Positions 54,101 to 64,000 of a stretch of 64,000 nucleotides of DNA are shown in pieces. Position numbers and translations under genes: made by a program. The stretch spans positions 246,838 to 310,837 of the forward strand of contig NMRA01000042.1 of assembly GCA_002633005.1 (NCBI GenBank), in the 5' to 3' direction. Position 1 is the stretch's first letter. Each line of letters starts with the position of its first letter. Source of the stretch: Phoronis australis. Taxonomy: Eukaryota; Animalia; Phoronida. The notes under the pieces were generated by a model, which saw only the letters and a list, made by a program, of their open reading frames with translations, was not told where the DNA came from and made no database searches.

Positions 54101-57100
54101 GGTTTGTGGACGTTAATGGATGTGTTTATGGAGCCTTTGAAGGAGTCTGGCTGTCTTGACACTCGGGATATCAGGTACTTGCAGGATGATAACGTTTGAC
54201 TGTTTGGATTCAATCTTTTAGCGATAGAAGATATTTCATTGTAAGAAACATTCTTAAACTTTGTGAATATCAACAAACCTATGTATTTATGGTTGAGAAC
54301 CAGTTCGATATCCAGGTTTATAAATACTCAGGGCACTCAATGCCTCAATTTTGGAGCTAAAATTGGCCCTTTTCCTTATGAAGAATATTTAAAAATCATA
54401 TGAAATTCCACTCTTCTTACCTAAAAACTTCCCTGCAGTAATTAAAAAATCCCTCAAGGTTAGAATTACTTATTGTGCCCACATCTACTGTGACTCACAC
54501 TCAATTCAACTGTTTATGAGTTCATCTGATTGGCCAGGGTATTTTTGAGTGACAACTGATTGGCCAGAGCATGTTAAAGTTACAGCTGATTGGCTAGAAT
54601 ATTTGTGATTCAAAGCTGATTTACCAGGGTATTTATGAGTCATAGCTGATTATCCTGAGTATTTATGACTCATAGCTGTTAGCCTGAATATTTATGATTC
54701 CAGCGATTTTTTTGTCCATTTTGTTAATAAAAGTGTCAGTTATTATTTGGTTGTAATTGCTGACATGCTTCATATTTTAGCTCGTTATTCCCACCATCCG
54801 TCAGTAACTTGTATGAACATCATTGCTGTATTCTGAAACGATTGGAAGAACGCATGGCCAACTCCAAGTGGCAGGGAGTCATTGGTGACATATTTGCTTG
54901 GTTCATTAATAATCCTGATGTAAGTTTAATCATTTCTAGATGTAGAGCTTGTTTCAAGGCAGTGTCACAACCATTTTCAATGTTGAGGAATGGGCTTAGA
55001 ATTTGACTCCTAATTTTGTGATTAGTATAGATATTACTTGAAATTTTCATTATCAAAGAGATTAAACCTATGGTATTCATTGAAATTCTTCAGCTCTAGA
55101 AAGCATCTTGCTCCCTTCTTTAGAAATGGCAGCACAGATGAAAGCTCCCATTGTAATGTTGCAAGATATGATCTGTAGCACCATTAAGGCTCCCATTGTA
55201 ATGTTGCAAGATATGATCTGTAGCACCATTCCAAGCAGAAGACAAAGCAAACTTGCTCTCCGTGTCTGTTCAGTGATATATTAAAAGCCTTAATGAAGAT
55301 GGCCTCCTTGACGCCTCTTTCAAACCAGTTCTTGTCCCTAATCAAAATTTCAACATCATCATTGTGGAACTTGTGACCATTGGCATGCAAATGTCTATAC
55401 ACTTTTCCCATGTTCCTCCAGTGTTTGTGCAACCATTCCCCTAGGATCGGTTCATTAGGAACTGTTCATATTTAGGAACTAAACTGTTCATATTTTGGAA
55501 CTGTACATATTTAGGAACTGTTCATATTTCGGGGCTGTACTTATTTAGGAACTGTTCATATTTGGAAACAATTCATATTTAAGAGCTGTTTATGTTCAGA
55601 AACTGTTCATATTTAGGAAATGTTCGTGTTTAGAAACTGTTCATATTTGATCTTATAGCAGCTGCATCTTCACCCTTCTGGCAAAAAATGGACAATAAGT
55701 TTTTTTTGACAGACTACATAATATTGTTGTAAGTATGTTAACTAACTATTGTTGATGGACACTCTATACGACAGGATACAATAGTGTGAAGTTGTTATAC
55801 TTGTTTTCCAGATGGATATATTTGCTGTGTACAGAACGTATCTGCATGATATCCCAGACTCTGTCAAAACAGTAAACCGTTTGTATGCAGATATGCCTGT
55901 CTTCAGGAAATATCTCAAGGTAAAATATGCGCTTTTGGATTGCTGGTTTTGTTTTATTTTGAGCTGTCAATTTTTTAGAGCTGAGAGATTTGGTGATTCA
56001 AAGCTTTCAATGCGTTACTAAAATGGCTTCACTACTGTGGAAAGGCAATAGTTATGAAAGCTTTGCAACTTTACTATGAAAGTAAATTTCAGTAGTTATC
56101 ATTTTATTGTCACACTCCACACTTATCTCTATTATAAGTTAGATCTCTTAAAAATGATAATTGAAGTAATGACTGAAGAGAATATTCACCTCAAGATTAC
56201 ATCATTTTCGTTATGTTCAAATGTAAATTGCTGCCTTTTAATCTACTCTAGAAATTGCCCTTTTGTCTACTATTCAGAAATACCAGAGGAACCCCAGCTG
56301 TAAAGGTCATGACCTTATTCACTTCCTGTTGATGCCTGTGCAGCGTATCCCACAATACATCTTGATCCTCAAACAACTGATCAAGCTGACTGATGCCGAT
56401 CACCCAGACTTCTTCAATCTGGAGAGTTCTCTGGGCAAACTGCGCAAGTTTCTGCATGAGTTGAATGAGTCGGTGGAGCTGGCAATGAGGTTGGTGAGAA
56501 ATGATGGAGCCATGGACTCAGCGAGGTGAGTCGTGTGTCATGATGATTATGATATTGATTGTGGTGCTCGTGGTTATGATGGTAAAAATTTGTATTGGTG
56601 ATGATGATGGTGATGATAACAGATGCAACAAGACTGCGCAAGATGAGTTGTCTGTGTGTGTAATAATTTGTGTGTGGTAAGTAACCATGGTGATGGTGAT
56701 GATGGAGATTATGGCGACAACGACAAATACAGTGATAGTAAAAAGATGGCGGGGATGCTGATGGTGACAGTGAAGATGTTGGTGGATATGTAACTGTTGA
56801 TGTTGATGTCAACATTGGTGGTTAAAGATTATGGCAATAATATATAGGAAGAGCATGTGGTGACAGATAAATTACGATTATAATACAATTATACGGATAG
56901 CTAATGCTTCTTCAGTGTCTCTGCATACACAAAATCTAGACTTTTATTCCTCATGTGTAGTGCTGTTTGTCTTCTTAAATGATTGCACATAAGTATCACA
57001 GGAAATTGAATTTTCAAAAAGGGAATGGCTTGTAATCTCCTGTTGTAGCAATTTGTGTATATTGTACTCAATTTGTTAATCCATTTGTTTAAGTAACATG

Positions 57101-60100
57101 CAGCGCCATCTTTGAAAACCATCATTTTGGTTCTTGTTTTGGGATGCAACCCTTTGTTTTTGTTTTTAATACGGTGAGTTAGCATTCCAAATTACACATG
57201 ACAGTACCCTGTACTGGCAGGAGTTGATTGATTGGTTCAGTGGGATAAGTCACCACTGCTAACTTGACATATTTCAGTTTGAAGTTTGCAACTTTGGCTA
57301 GATTTAACAAATGTTGCTTGGAACTGTTTTTATTTTCTTGTTTTTGTTCTTATGGAATAATTGTTTTGATTGTCAGGTCAAATCGGTCCTCAACCAACAA
57401 CTCACTTAAATCTAGTGTGAGCAGTCAAGATGGCTTCCCTGTCTCCATAGCAACAAAGGACAGTGGTATTCATTCCAATGGCGAGGAAGCGGTATCCCCA
57501 GAAACAAACAAAAAGTAAACAATCCAATCAATTATCAATTTTCAATTTTCAACAGAACATAGAGGTGTGTATGTTTGCGTGTATGCTGAATTAACAGTGT
57601 TATAATAGCTTTTGCAAATCATCTGTATATAAATTGAGTTTTAATGTTAGATGTAATCTTTTTTATAGTTAACAGCTTTTTTGTAAATGTGCAGTGTGTA
57701 AAGGTATTGAAATAATGATGCATGTGAAATAGTTGCGAATCAGCTAATAATGTTGGTCCTGGGTCAGTATTAAAAACGTTTGATAAAAACTTTCAAATCT
57801 CAACATTTTGCATTCTGACATTCATAAATATCGTAATAAATTGTTAACTTCATAAAACTGATATAGCATACGAACTGAATCAATCCATTGTTGCAGGACT
57901 GCTCCATCGGTGAACAGAAAATCAAACTACATCAAAGGTGATGTGTCAAAATACCGTAAGGTAAAACTGAGAGATAGTGTAGAGCCTGACATCTCCATGG
58001 GTAACTCATGTCAAAATCAAGGCAATGTTGTTTCTAATAGGACTACTAAAGAAAAGCCAACTAGGGTTAGAAAATCCTCTTTGGATGGTGTCATTTATTC
58101 TCAAAACGGTGCTATGGAAACAGATAACAGTGACCCTACAGTGAAACTACGAAAAAAATGGATGGAAAAAAGGGCGAAGACTGCGAGTGTGTTGTACACT
58201 GAACATTCAAATGCACTGATACCAAACGGTGTGGAGACAGTTCAGGAGGTGAACTATGCCATAGACTGCCAAACACTGCCGACACGGGGACAGAAAGCAA
58301 GAAAACAGAAAATGAACAGTGCCCTAGCCGAAGTACAGGAGGCTCCGATTTCTGATCGCCTCAATCTGGAGTCAGGGCGCTCGTCAATAAATGGTGCTAT
58401 AGATGAAGGTGGTGAGGAAGAAGTGGCTTATGAGCCTTCTGGGAAGGATTCACCCGGGCGACTAAGTAAGCAGAAACTTGGAATGATCCACAAGTGGCGA
58501 AGTCAAGGTGATATACTCGGTGAGTTGTAGCGCTTGATCTATCTCTTTCAAAATATAACGTAATGAATGCTAATGAGTGCCTTGTTCCTTTTCAGTTATT
58601 TTTAAATAAACTCTGAAAAACCAGCAACCCCAACTGGGAATCGAACTACAGGTCTCTAGATTGCCGGTCTAATGCTCTTACCACTGAGCTACTGAGAACC
58701 CGATATCTGAATTGCTGTTTAAAGCCAACTGCTATGTCATCAATCCATTGAGCTATATGTTGCTTTTTTCACATGAGATTTGGACAATTATATAATCAGC
58801 AATTTACTAGTATGTGTTAGTTATTTTTCAATGTTCGAATTAGGTTTGGCTGTACACGTATTAGGTATACCAAAACTATTCTTAGTTTCCCTTCCAATGA
58901 GCAAGAACTTTTATATAGCTTTGTTAAATAGTGTTGTGATGAACTGCACACAGGATTTGGCTGCAACACTAGATGTAAATGTTATATCTGTCAAACCTGT
59001 CCATGTATTTACTGTAATTTGTGTTTAATTGATATCTATGTTTTGTACAGGAGAAGATAACCCAGACATGGTGGGCATGTTGTCAGCCAAAAGCCTGTCT
59101 GATATCACACCTGCAGAACCTGACATGGTATGTAATGATTGTAATATTGTTATATATAATTCAAACATGACAAGCATGTTGTCTGTCAAAAACCAAACTT
59201 AATATCACATTTGTAATGATAGTGATATTCAATGTATTTTCATTATTCAAACATGGCAAGTATGTTGACAGTCAAACACTTGTTCAATATCATACCCACA
59301 GAGCCTGACTTGGTGTGTAATGATTGTGATATTGTTATGTATAATTCAAACATGACAAGTATATTGACAGTCAAACACTTGTTCAATATCATACCCACAG
59401 AGCCTGACTTGGTATGTAATGATATTGGTCAGCATGTTGTTCATTGAAAATGTGTCAAGTATCACACATGACCCAAACAATTTAAAAAATTGAATTTTTC
59501 ATTCCTAAAATTGTGCCCTTTTTCTGCAGGTATTGTATTGAGGTATCACTGTACTCCTTTTTCACCTCCAGGCAATGGAGAGCGTAGCTGAGTCAGAAAC
59601 AGGATCTTCCTTAAGTAATGAAAAAACAAGGAAAAGCAAGCGAAGAGGTAAAAGTAAGGTGCCTTTGGATGTGAGCAGTATCACTCCGCTCTCGCCGCCA
59701 GATGCATTCAAAACAAAAAAGAAGACCTTTAAGGATACTGTGAAGAATATATTCAAACGCAGGTAAAAAACTCTTTTTGTTGTTAGACGTTTCAAACATC
59801 ATGGCTATTATTCATCCCATGACTTATCATCTTTGAATGCATGTTTCTAAACAGTTGGCTTTTAACAGTACGGTAACAAGTTTCTCGGTAAGAGAGTGTT
59901 AGTGGTCTGATCTTTTAGTGCTTCAGAAGTGTGCAAGCCACAAGGCTGGGCCCTTTGATTGAAACAACGACTCTCACTGCCACTTTTACGATGAACATCT
60001 TTGATATCAATGTTTGTCACTTACTTTTAGGATGCAGAGTGTTCAAGAAATATCCCCCAGGTGTCACTATATATCCTGTCCACCACCCTCTGTTCTGGAT

Positions 60101-63100
60101 TCCCTAAATGTTGGCCACTTTACCCTGCACCATCATTATTAGTACAGTAATATCTACTGCACAACTATGGAGCAAGTCTGTTTTGTGGGAGGTGGTACTG
60201 TTTTATGAGGTAGTAGTTACAACCTGTTTTTGATCAATTGATGTCGTGAAGGACATGGCTGTGGCTAAGTTGAGATTCTGAAGCTACTTTGTTTAAAATT
60301 AGCTCGGATGCTTTTGTCTAGCTTTTGATAAAACATTGAAGTTTGATTGAAGTGATGAGGGCGAGTGTTTTTTTATTTCTAAAAGTAGTCAGACGCAAGT
60401 TTCAAGGTGAGCTGGGGCACAGATGAAATTCAAAAATGGTTCTTTTTGGCCTTACCTTTACTCAAAGCAAATAGTTTCTATCCAATATTCTGTTTTGATG
60501 TGAAAAATGTATAAAGCTGGTCTTTTGGAAAAATTATTATCAGGAGGTTGCGGAAGTGTCACCGTAGGTTTGTTTTTGGTCAGTTTTCTGACGTGGATAG
60601 ACCTACTTCAAGTGCCTTTTTACAGAAAACTGAATTGATTTCCCCCCTGGGGTGAATGATAGTAGTAAAAAGAAAGTTCATTGATTATCCCAGACATATT
60701 TTTCACTTAATTACAGTTTTTTGCAATTTAATTAATTATTCGTCCTCTACTCCAGAACTGACGTTTTGGGAGGCAAGAATTTCGCGCCAATTTCTTTTCA
60801 TATAGTCCGACTGTGAGAGCTGTCGAGTCAGTCATTGTTCTACCTCAGTTGTGATACGTTCGGTCGTCATTTGCTTTTGCTTACGAGTCGGTCATCATGC
60901 CATACTGTTGCTGCGTACTTGGATGTACTCATTATCGCCCAGAGCCTGTAAGCAGCCCTGCTGCGATGTTGAGTAGTGGGAATGAATACAGGCCCAGATA
61001 GACACCGAGTGAAGAGGACAGTTCGTCGTCCAATGAACAGATCGGTGAGCCAAGCTTTGATAAGTTTATTGTGGACTTGTCTAAAGTACTGAAGCTATTT
61101 AGAAGGTGCCAGGTGTGTGGAGAGGAAGTCACATGGCAGGATGTAAGCAGTTTGTGTGCTCAGGTCACCATCCAGTGGGAGTGTGTCGCGGGACACTCAG
61201 GCAAGTGGGACAGTTGTTCCTCTATCCGTGAGACAATAATGAGTACATCCAGGTATGCAGCAACACTGTGGCATGTTGACCGGCTCTTTAACAAAAGCAA
61301 ACAATGACTGAATTTATCACAACCAAGGTAGAGCAATGACTGACTAGGCAGCTCTCACACTAGTCGGTCTATGTGAAAAGAAATTGGTGCAAAATTCTTG
61401 GTTCCCAAAATGTCACTTCCGAAGTTGTGGATGAGTAATTGTTTAAAATACAAAAAGCTGTAATTAACTGAAAAATATGTCTGTGATAGTCAACAAACCT
61501 TATTTTTACTAAAACTGACACGAAAAAAAAATTGCCTTCACCTTTAAGGACAATACACAATGTTTAAAGGACAATACATAGAATTGCAATCTCTGCCTGC
61601 CTCCCTCCCTCCCTCCCTCTCTGGTTAGCTTACGATTTCATCTTACCAAACTCATAAGTCTTGCACTGATGATCTCCATGGTAACAATGACTGGTTCTAC
61701 ACAAACATGTTATTGTTGATATCCATTGTAACAGTGACTCATTCTACACAAACATGTTATGCCATTGACCTTTGTGCCTCTCATTAATCCAGTGTTTGTT
61801 GGTGCTATTACCAACTTTTCTTTGTCATTGTCAGCAATTCTGGTAACTTGTTGTGAGTAAATTGTTCATCTCACTCACTAAGCCTGTTTTGCATGTAGCA
61901 ATCTCCCAATGTGGACTCACAACATGTATGTAACAATCTCCCAGTGTAGACTGTCACAACATGAATATAACAGTCTCCCAGTGTAGACTGTCACAACATT
62001 TATATAACAATCTTCAGTGTAGACTGTCACAACATGAATATAACAATCTCCCAGTGTAGACTGTCACAACATGTATATAACAATGTTCAGTGTAGACTGT
62101 CACAACATGTATGTAACAATCTCCCAGTGTAGACTGTCACAACATGTATATAACATTCTTCAGTGCTTTGTCCCAACGGCCTTGGGAATGAAATAAATGT
62201 TTTCCCTTAGAATACTGAAAACACAATTACTTGTTGGTACTATTTTGTTGCTTTGTTTAAGTGTCTTATTATGATTAACACACAGTTCTGGTGGGATAAG
62301 TGTGAAAATGATCACTGTCAGTAAAGTGTAATGAAGGTGAATGCATTAAAATTCCTAAAAGTGAATTTTTTGTTGAACGTATGTGATGTGCATGTCAGTG
62401 AAAGACTTTCAGGAAGTAATGGTATCTGATCGCATGGACTGGTGACTCGCAGCGCCACCTAGCAGTACTAAGAGGTACTTTGTCTTCATAGGTGGTGGAA
62501 AAGATTGTTTTCGTGAAAGGATCCTTTTACAATGTATGCAATTGAATGTGATGTGTTTTAAACAGAAGTCCTCTAGAGGTCACTAGTATCTGGTCCCATG
62601 TGTTCAGTCACCACTTTGCTATTTGAAAGTCTCCCATTCTTCTAATGAAAAAAGTTGAAGTATGAACCATTTCTATGTCTGACTTGAGTATAAAAACAAG
62701 TGGGTGGTCTTAGTTCATGGTTTGACATTATTGCTTGCCTTTCAATCTGTTATTGATACTACCGGGTATATCCAACTGTTTTCAGTTTCTATGCATCTTA
62801 ATTCATGATTAGTTACAACTGTTAGTGAATAATGTAATTGCTTTGCATTGGAAATAATGGTCACAGACCAATACTGCTATTATTTTACCTATTTCAAATA
62901 TTAGTTTTAATTATTATAAAATTTGTGATCATAAATTTTTTTGTTTTTGTTTTTACAGTATTATTATAAGTGTTTTAAGAAAATTAAAATGGACTGAATG
63001 TGAATTCATAATTAATTACTAAAAATACTCTTCTTCCATTTAGGAGAGGTTCTACAGTTTTGATTCTTGTCCCTTTCAGTTCTCGTTCCCCCAAGGCTGC

Positions 63101-63290
63101 AGAAGAGGTGGTCACCATTGATGGTCTGGGAAGAACAACGCCAAGTGTTGAGATGAACTCAGAGCAATATGTGGCATTCTCCCAACAACAGATGGAGCTG
63201 GGATCAGGTGCCCCACTAAGTGGAGCTACAGGCTACTCAGATAGTGAAGAAGAGTATGACGAAGATGGTGAACCATGCAGTGCTGTGTAG
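42114..63290 (+). CDS. ARHGEF33: Rho guanine nucleotide exchange factor 33-like (N-terminal coiled coil + DH domain, no PH seen); join(42114..42184,46311..46475,48140..48276,52016..52185,53116..53418,54045..54174,54781..54919,55812..55919,56278..56525,57377..57514,57897..58519,59051..59127,59572..59762,63080..63290); start exon unresolved
   Basis: All junctions GT-AG with consistent phases, giving about 900 codons. The N-terminal QITEVQGMIHELKDGFLLAMQELSKIQNGDQALHEKV resembles the recalled vertebrate ARHGEF33 N-terminal coiled coil (ELKxGFxxAMQELSxIQxG). DH motifs: ELLESERLF, IGDIF, FLLMPVQRIPQYILILKQLIKLTDADHPD. Confidence 0.88.
42502..42661. mobile_element. 160-bp MITE with TA TSD (related to the 16214 element)
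   Basis: 24-bp TIRs CCGTAACCGTTCGGGTTAACGCCC (23/24 match), TA on both sides, internal TTAACCGCCC repeats. Confidence 0.88.
46311..46475 (+). CDS. ARHGEF33: ARHGEF33-like exon (coiled coil)
   Basis: ttgtAG acceptor, AAG|GTAATA donor. Confidence 0.9.
46457..46840 (+). repeat. 51-bp minisatellite (~7.5 copies) starting in an ARHGEF33-like exon end
   Basis: Unit ATGGTGCTCTCACTGAAGGTAATAACTRYATTTGTGGTAGTACTAGTARRT. Confidence 0.95.
48140..48276 (+). CDS. ARHGEF33: ARHGEF33-like exon (coiled coil)
   Basis: ttgtAG acceptor; SEFEEVVSQLHEANESQQSLQKQVESLQYERD; CG|GTAAGA donor. Confidence 0.87.
50581..51893 (+). mobile_element. Non-autonomous Helentron-associated element (HINE/DINE-1-like), uninterrupted copy
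   Basis: TTTTT-ATGCGCCCAC 5' subTIR (50586-50595), partial IR GTGGACGCAT, (GTCC)n microsatellite, ~440-bp tandem units, 3' subTIR GTGGGCGCAT (51859-51868), hairpin, CTCTTGTT end; same family as 36829. Confidence 0.85.
52016..52185 (+). CDS. ARHGEF33: ARHGEF33-like exon
   Basis: ttgcAG acceptor, T|GTAAGT donor, phase-consistent. Confidence 0.85.
53116..53418 (+). CDS. ARHGEF33: ARHGEF33-like exon (Ser-rich)
   Basis: tatAG acceptor, AAG|GTGAGC donor. Confidence 0.87.
53508..53793. repeat. ~40-bp degenerate minisatellite (~7 copies)
   Basis: Unit approx GACCCTGGTCTAAATGACTGTGACAATACATGCATGT. Confidence 0.88.
54045..54174 (+). CDS. ARHGEF33: ARHGEF33-like exon (DH start)
   Basis: tgtAG acceptor; KELLESERLFCSGLWTLMDVFMEPLK; AG|GTACTT donor. 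Confidence 0.9.
54510..54705. repeat. ~30-bp degenerate tandem repeat
   Basis: Unit approx CTGATTGGCCAGGGTATTTATGAGTCATAG. Confidence 0.75.
54781..54919 (+). CDS. ARHGEF33: ARHGEF33-like exon (DH)
   Basis: ttttAG acceptor; LYEHHCCILKRLEERM...IGDIF; |GTAAGT donor. Confidence 0.9.
55225..55432 (-). mobile_element. Penelope-like retroelement relic (GIY-YIG endonuclease C-terminal part)
   Basis: VYRHLHANGHKFHNDDVEILIRDKNWFERGVKEAIFIKAFNISLNR matches the typical Penelope H..F....V.IL.RE..WFERGVKEAI.I......LNR pattern. Confidence 0.8.
55456..55650. repeat. ~19-bp minisatellite
   Basis: Unit approx TAGGAACTGTTCATATT, about 10 copies. Confidence 0.85.
55812..55919 (+). CDS. ARHGEF33: ARHGEF33-like exon (DH)
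   Basis: ttccAG acceptor, AAG|GTAAAA donor. Confidence 0.9.
56278..56525 (+). CDS. ARHGEF33: ARHGEF33-like exon (DH C-terminus)
   Basis: ttcAG acceptor; LLMPVQRIPQY; AG|GTGAGT donor. Confidence 0.92.
57377..57514 (+). CDS. ARHGEF33: ARHGEF33-like exon
   Basis: gtcAG acceptor, AA|GTAAAC donor, phase-consistent. Confidence 0.83.
57897..58519 (+). CDS. ARHGEF33: ARHGEF33-like exon (long, low-complexity tail)
   Basis: ttgcAG acceptor, G|GTGAGT donor; 623-nt open frame. Confidence 0.88.
58624..58700 (-). mobile_element. tRNA-derived SINE head / tRNA pseudogene
   Basis: Minus strand reads GGTTCTCAGTAGCTCAGTGGTAAGAGCATTAGACCGGCAATCTAGAGACCTGTAGTTCGATTCCCAGTTGGGG, with A box TAGCTCAGTGG, B box GTTCGATTCC and an anticodon-like stem; T and acceptor stems pair poorly. 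Confidence 0.65.
59051..59127 (+). CDS. ARHGEF33: ARHGEF33-like exon
   Basis: tacAG acceptor, ATG|GTATGT donor, phase-consistent. Confidence 0.82.
59063..59423 (+). repeat. ~99-bp degenerate tandem repeat derived from an exon end plus donor site
   Basis: Exon tail CAGACATGGTGGGCATGTTGTCAGCC...CCTGACATG|GTATGTAATGAT recurs as CAAACATGGCAAGTATGTTGACAGTC...CCTGACTTGGTRTGTAATGAT. Confidence 0.8.
59572..59762 (+). CDS. ARHGEF33: ARHGEF33-like exon (basic, KKKTFKDTVKNIFKR)
   Basis: ctccAG acceptor, AG|GTAAAA donor. Confidence 0.85.
60405..61543 (+). mobile_element. Kolobok-like DNA transposon relic
   Basis: Ends AGGTGA...TCACCT flanked by TTCA/TTAA; ~190-bp subterminal inverted arms (about 60680-60870 vs 61303-61497); internal coding relic KFIVDLSKVLKLFRRCQVCG...WECVAGHSGKW resembling the Cys/His region of Kolobok-type transposases (recalled). 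Confidence 0.65.
61898..62165. repeat. ~38-bp minisatellite (~7 copies)
   Basis: Unit TAACAATCTCCCAGTGTAGACTGTCACAACATGTATA. Confidence 0.92.
63080..63290 (+). CDS. ARHGEF33: ARHGEF33-like last coding exon (ends EPCSAV*)
   Basis: tttcAG acceptor, phase 2 matches the previous donor; TAG at 63288-63290. Confidence 0.83.
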
Positions 63291-64000
63291 AAATGTCATA
63301 CAACGTGGTTTGTTATCGGAAATTTGCTGGAAAGCGCTGTGTGCATATGAGACATGCTGTAGTGGTTCACATGAAGGAGAACAGACAGTCGACTTTAGGT
63401 CAGACATGAAATGTTTTCCAAAAAAAGAGATGTTCTGTTGCTTCTGGCTTGATGTCTCTCAAAAGATAGGTCAGCCATTATTTCTTTGTTGTGTTAGATA
63501 TTTCTATTTTGTTGAAAAAGATCGACACATGCACCAAAATGTACTGCCTTGTAATGGCAACTCTTTAACAATGCTTGGGTCATCCAGGGCTGTATTCACT
63601 GGCTTTGTGAGAAATGCAATGCAATGGTCTTCTCTTGCCATAAATGAACTATGAAATTACGGTTTCTCAAAAACCTGCAGACTTTCCATCCAAGGTTGGT
63701 ACTTACACTGTCTCTTCAGTTTTTTGCACTGAAAAATTATTAATAGGATGAGAATTTCATGTTTTTTCTAATAGAAAGAAGTGGAATTTTCCACAGGACT
63801 GCATTCCGGTTTTAATTACTTACTATTAACTAACATTCCTAAATGGTCGAGCTTTTTCAAATGTCAGGTGTGATCCTAATTTTTTAGGATATCCGTGTAT
63901 TGTTTATGGAGTTTTTGCTATATATTTGAATGAAAATGAATTTAAGACATGCTGAGATACTTTCCGTTTTCATGCTATTTAAGAGAATTGTGGGTAAAAG

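Noticed and set aside
56414-56815. His/Thr-rich 133-aa ORF on - strand
   Set aside because: Antisense to a DH exon plus a (GAT/GGT)n low-complexity intronic tract.
58624-58700. Functional tRNA gene
   Set aside because: A and B boxes are present but the acceptor and T stems pair poorly and the anticodon loop is atypical; better called a SINE head or pseudogene.
59530-59571. Alternative upstream acceptor (ttctgcAG at 59529) for RhoGEF exon 59572
   Set aside because: It would introduce an in-frame TGA after three codons.

Overview
AT-rich (roughly 35-38% GC by eye), intron-rich eukaryotic genomic DNA, most likely from an invertebrate animal. The taxon cannot be fixed from the sequence alone. 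Three spliced protein-coding genes were reconstructed by hand, with GT-AG junctions and consistent intron phases. (1) The 3' part of a + strand E3 ubiquitin ligase with filamin/Ig-like repeats and a HECT domain (7 exons, 1458-8491; 5' end lies upstream of the window). (2) A complete - strand d4/Requiem-family gene (DPF1/2/3-like BAF subunit; 10 coding exons, 25086-12335, about 372 aa). (3) A + strand ARHGEF33-like RhoGEF (at least 14 coding exons, 42114-63290; start exon unresolved), arranged head-to-head with DPF around a probable shared promoter near 26.7-27.0 kb. Introns and the 27-42 kb interval hold Helentron/DINE-1-like (HINE) elements, one with a nested hAT element with perfect 8-bp TSD, plus TA-TSD MITEs, a Kolobok-like relic, a Penelope GIY-YIG relic, a tRNA-derived segment and many minisatellites. 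The most notable observations are three tandem repeats seeded exactly on exon ends that multiply 5' splice sites (one in frame, adding hydrophobic 17-aa blocks), HINE internal arrays carrying CTCF-like motifs every ~140-160 bp, and a filamin-repeat protein whose HECT looks HUWE1/UPL1-like rather than AREL1-like. No prokaryotic systems, CRISPR arrays or rRNA were seen. All homology statements are from recall, not from searches.
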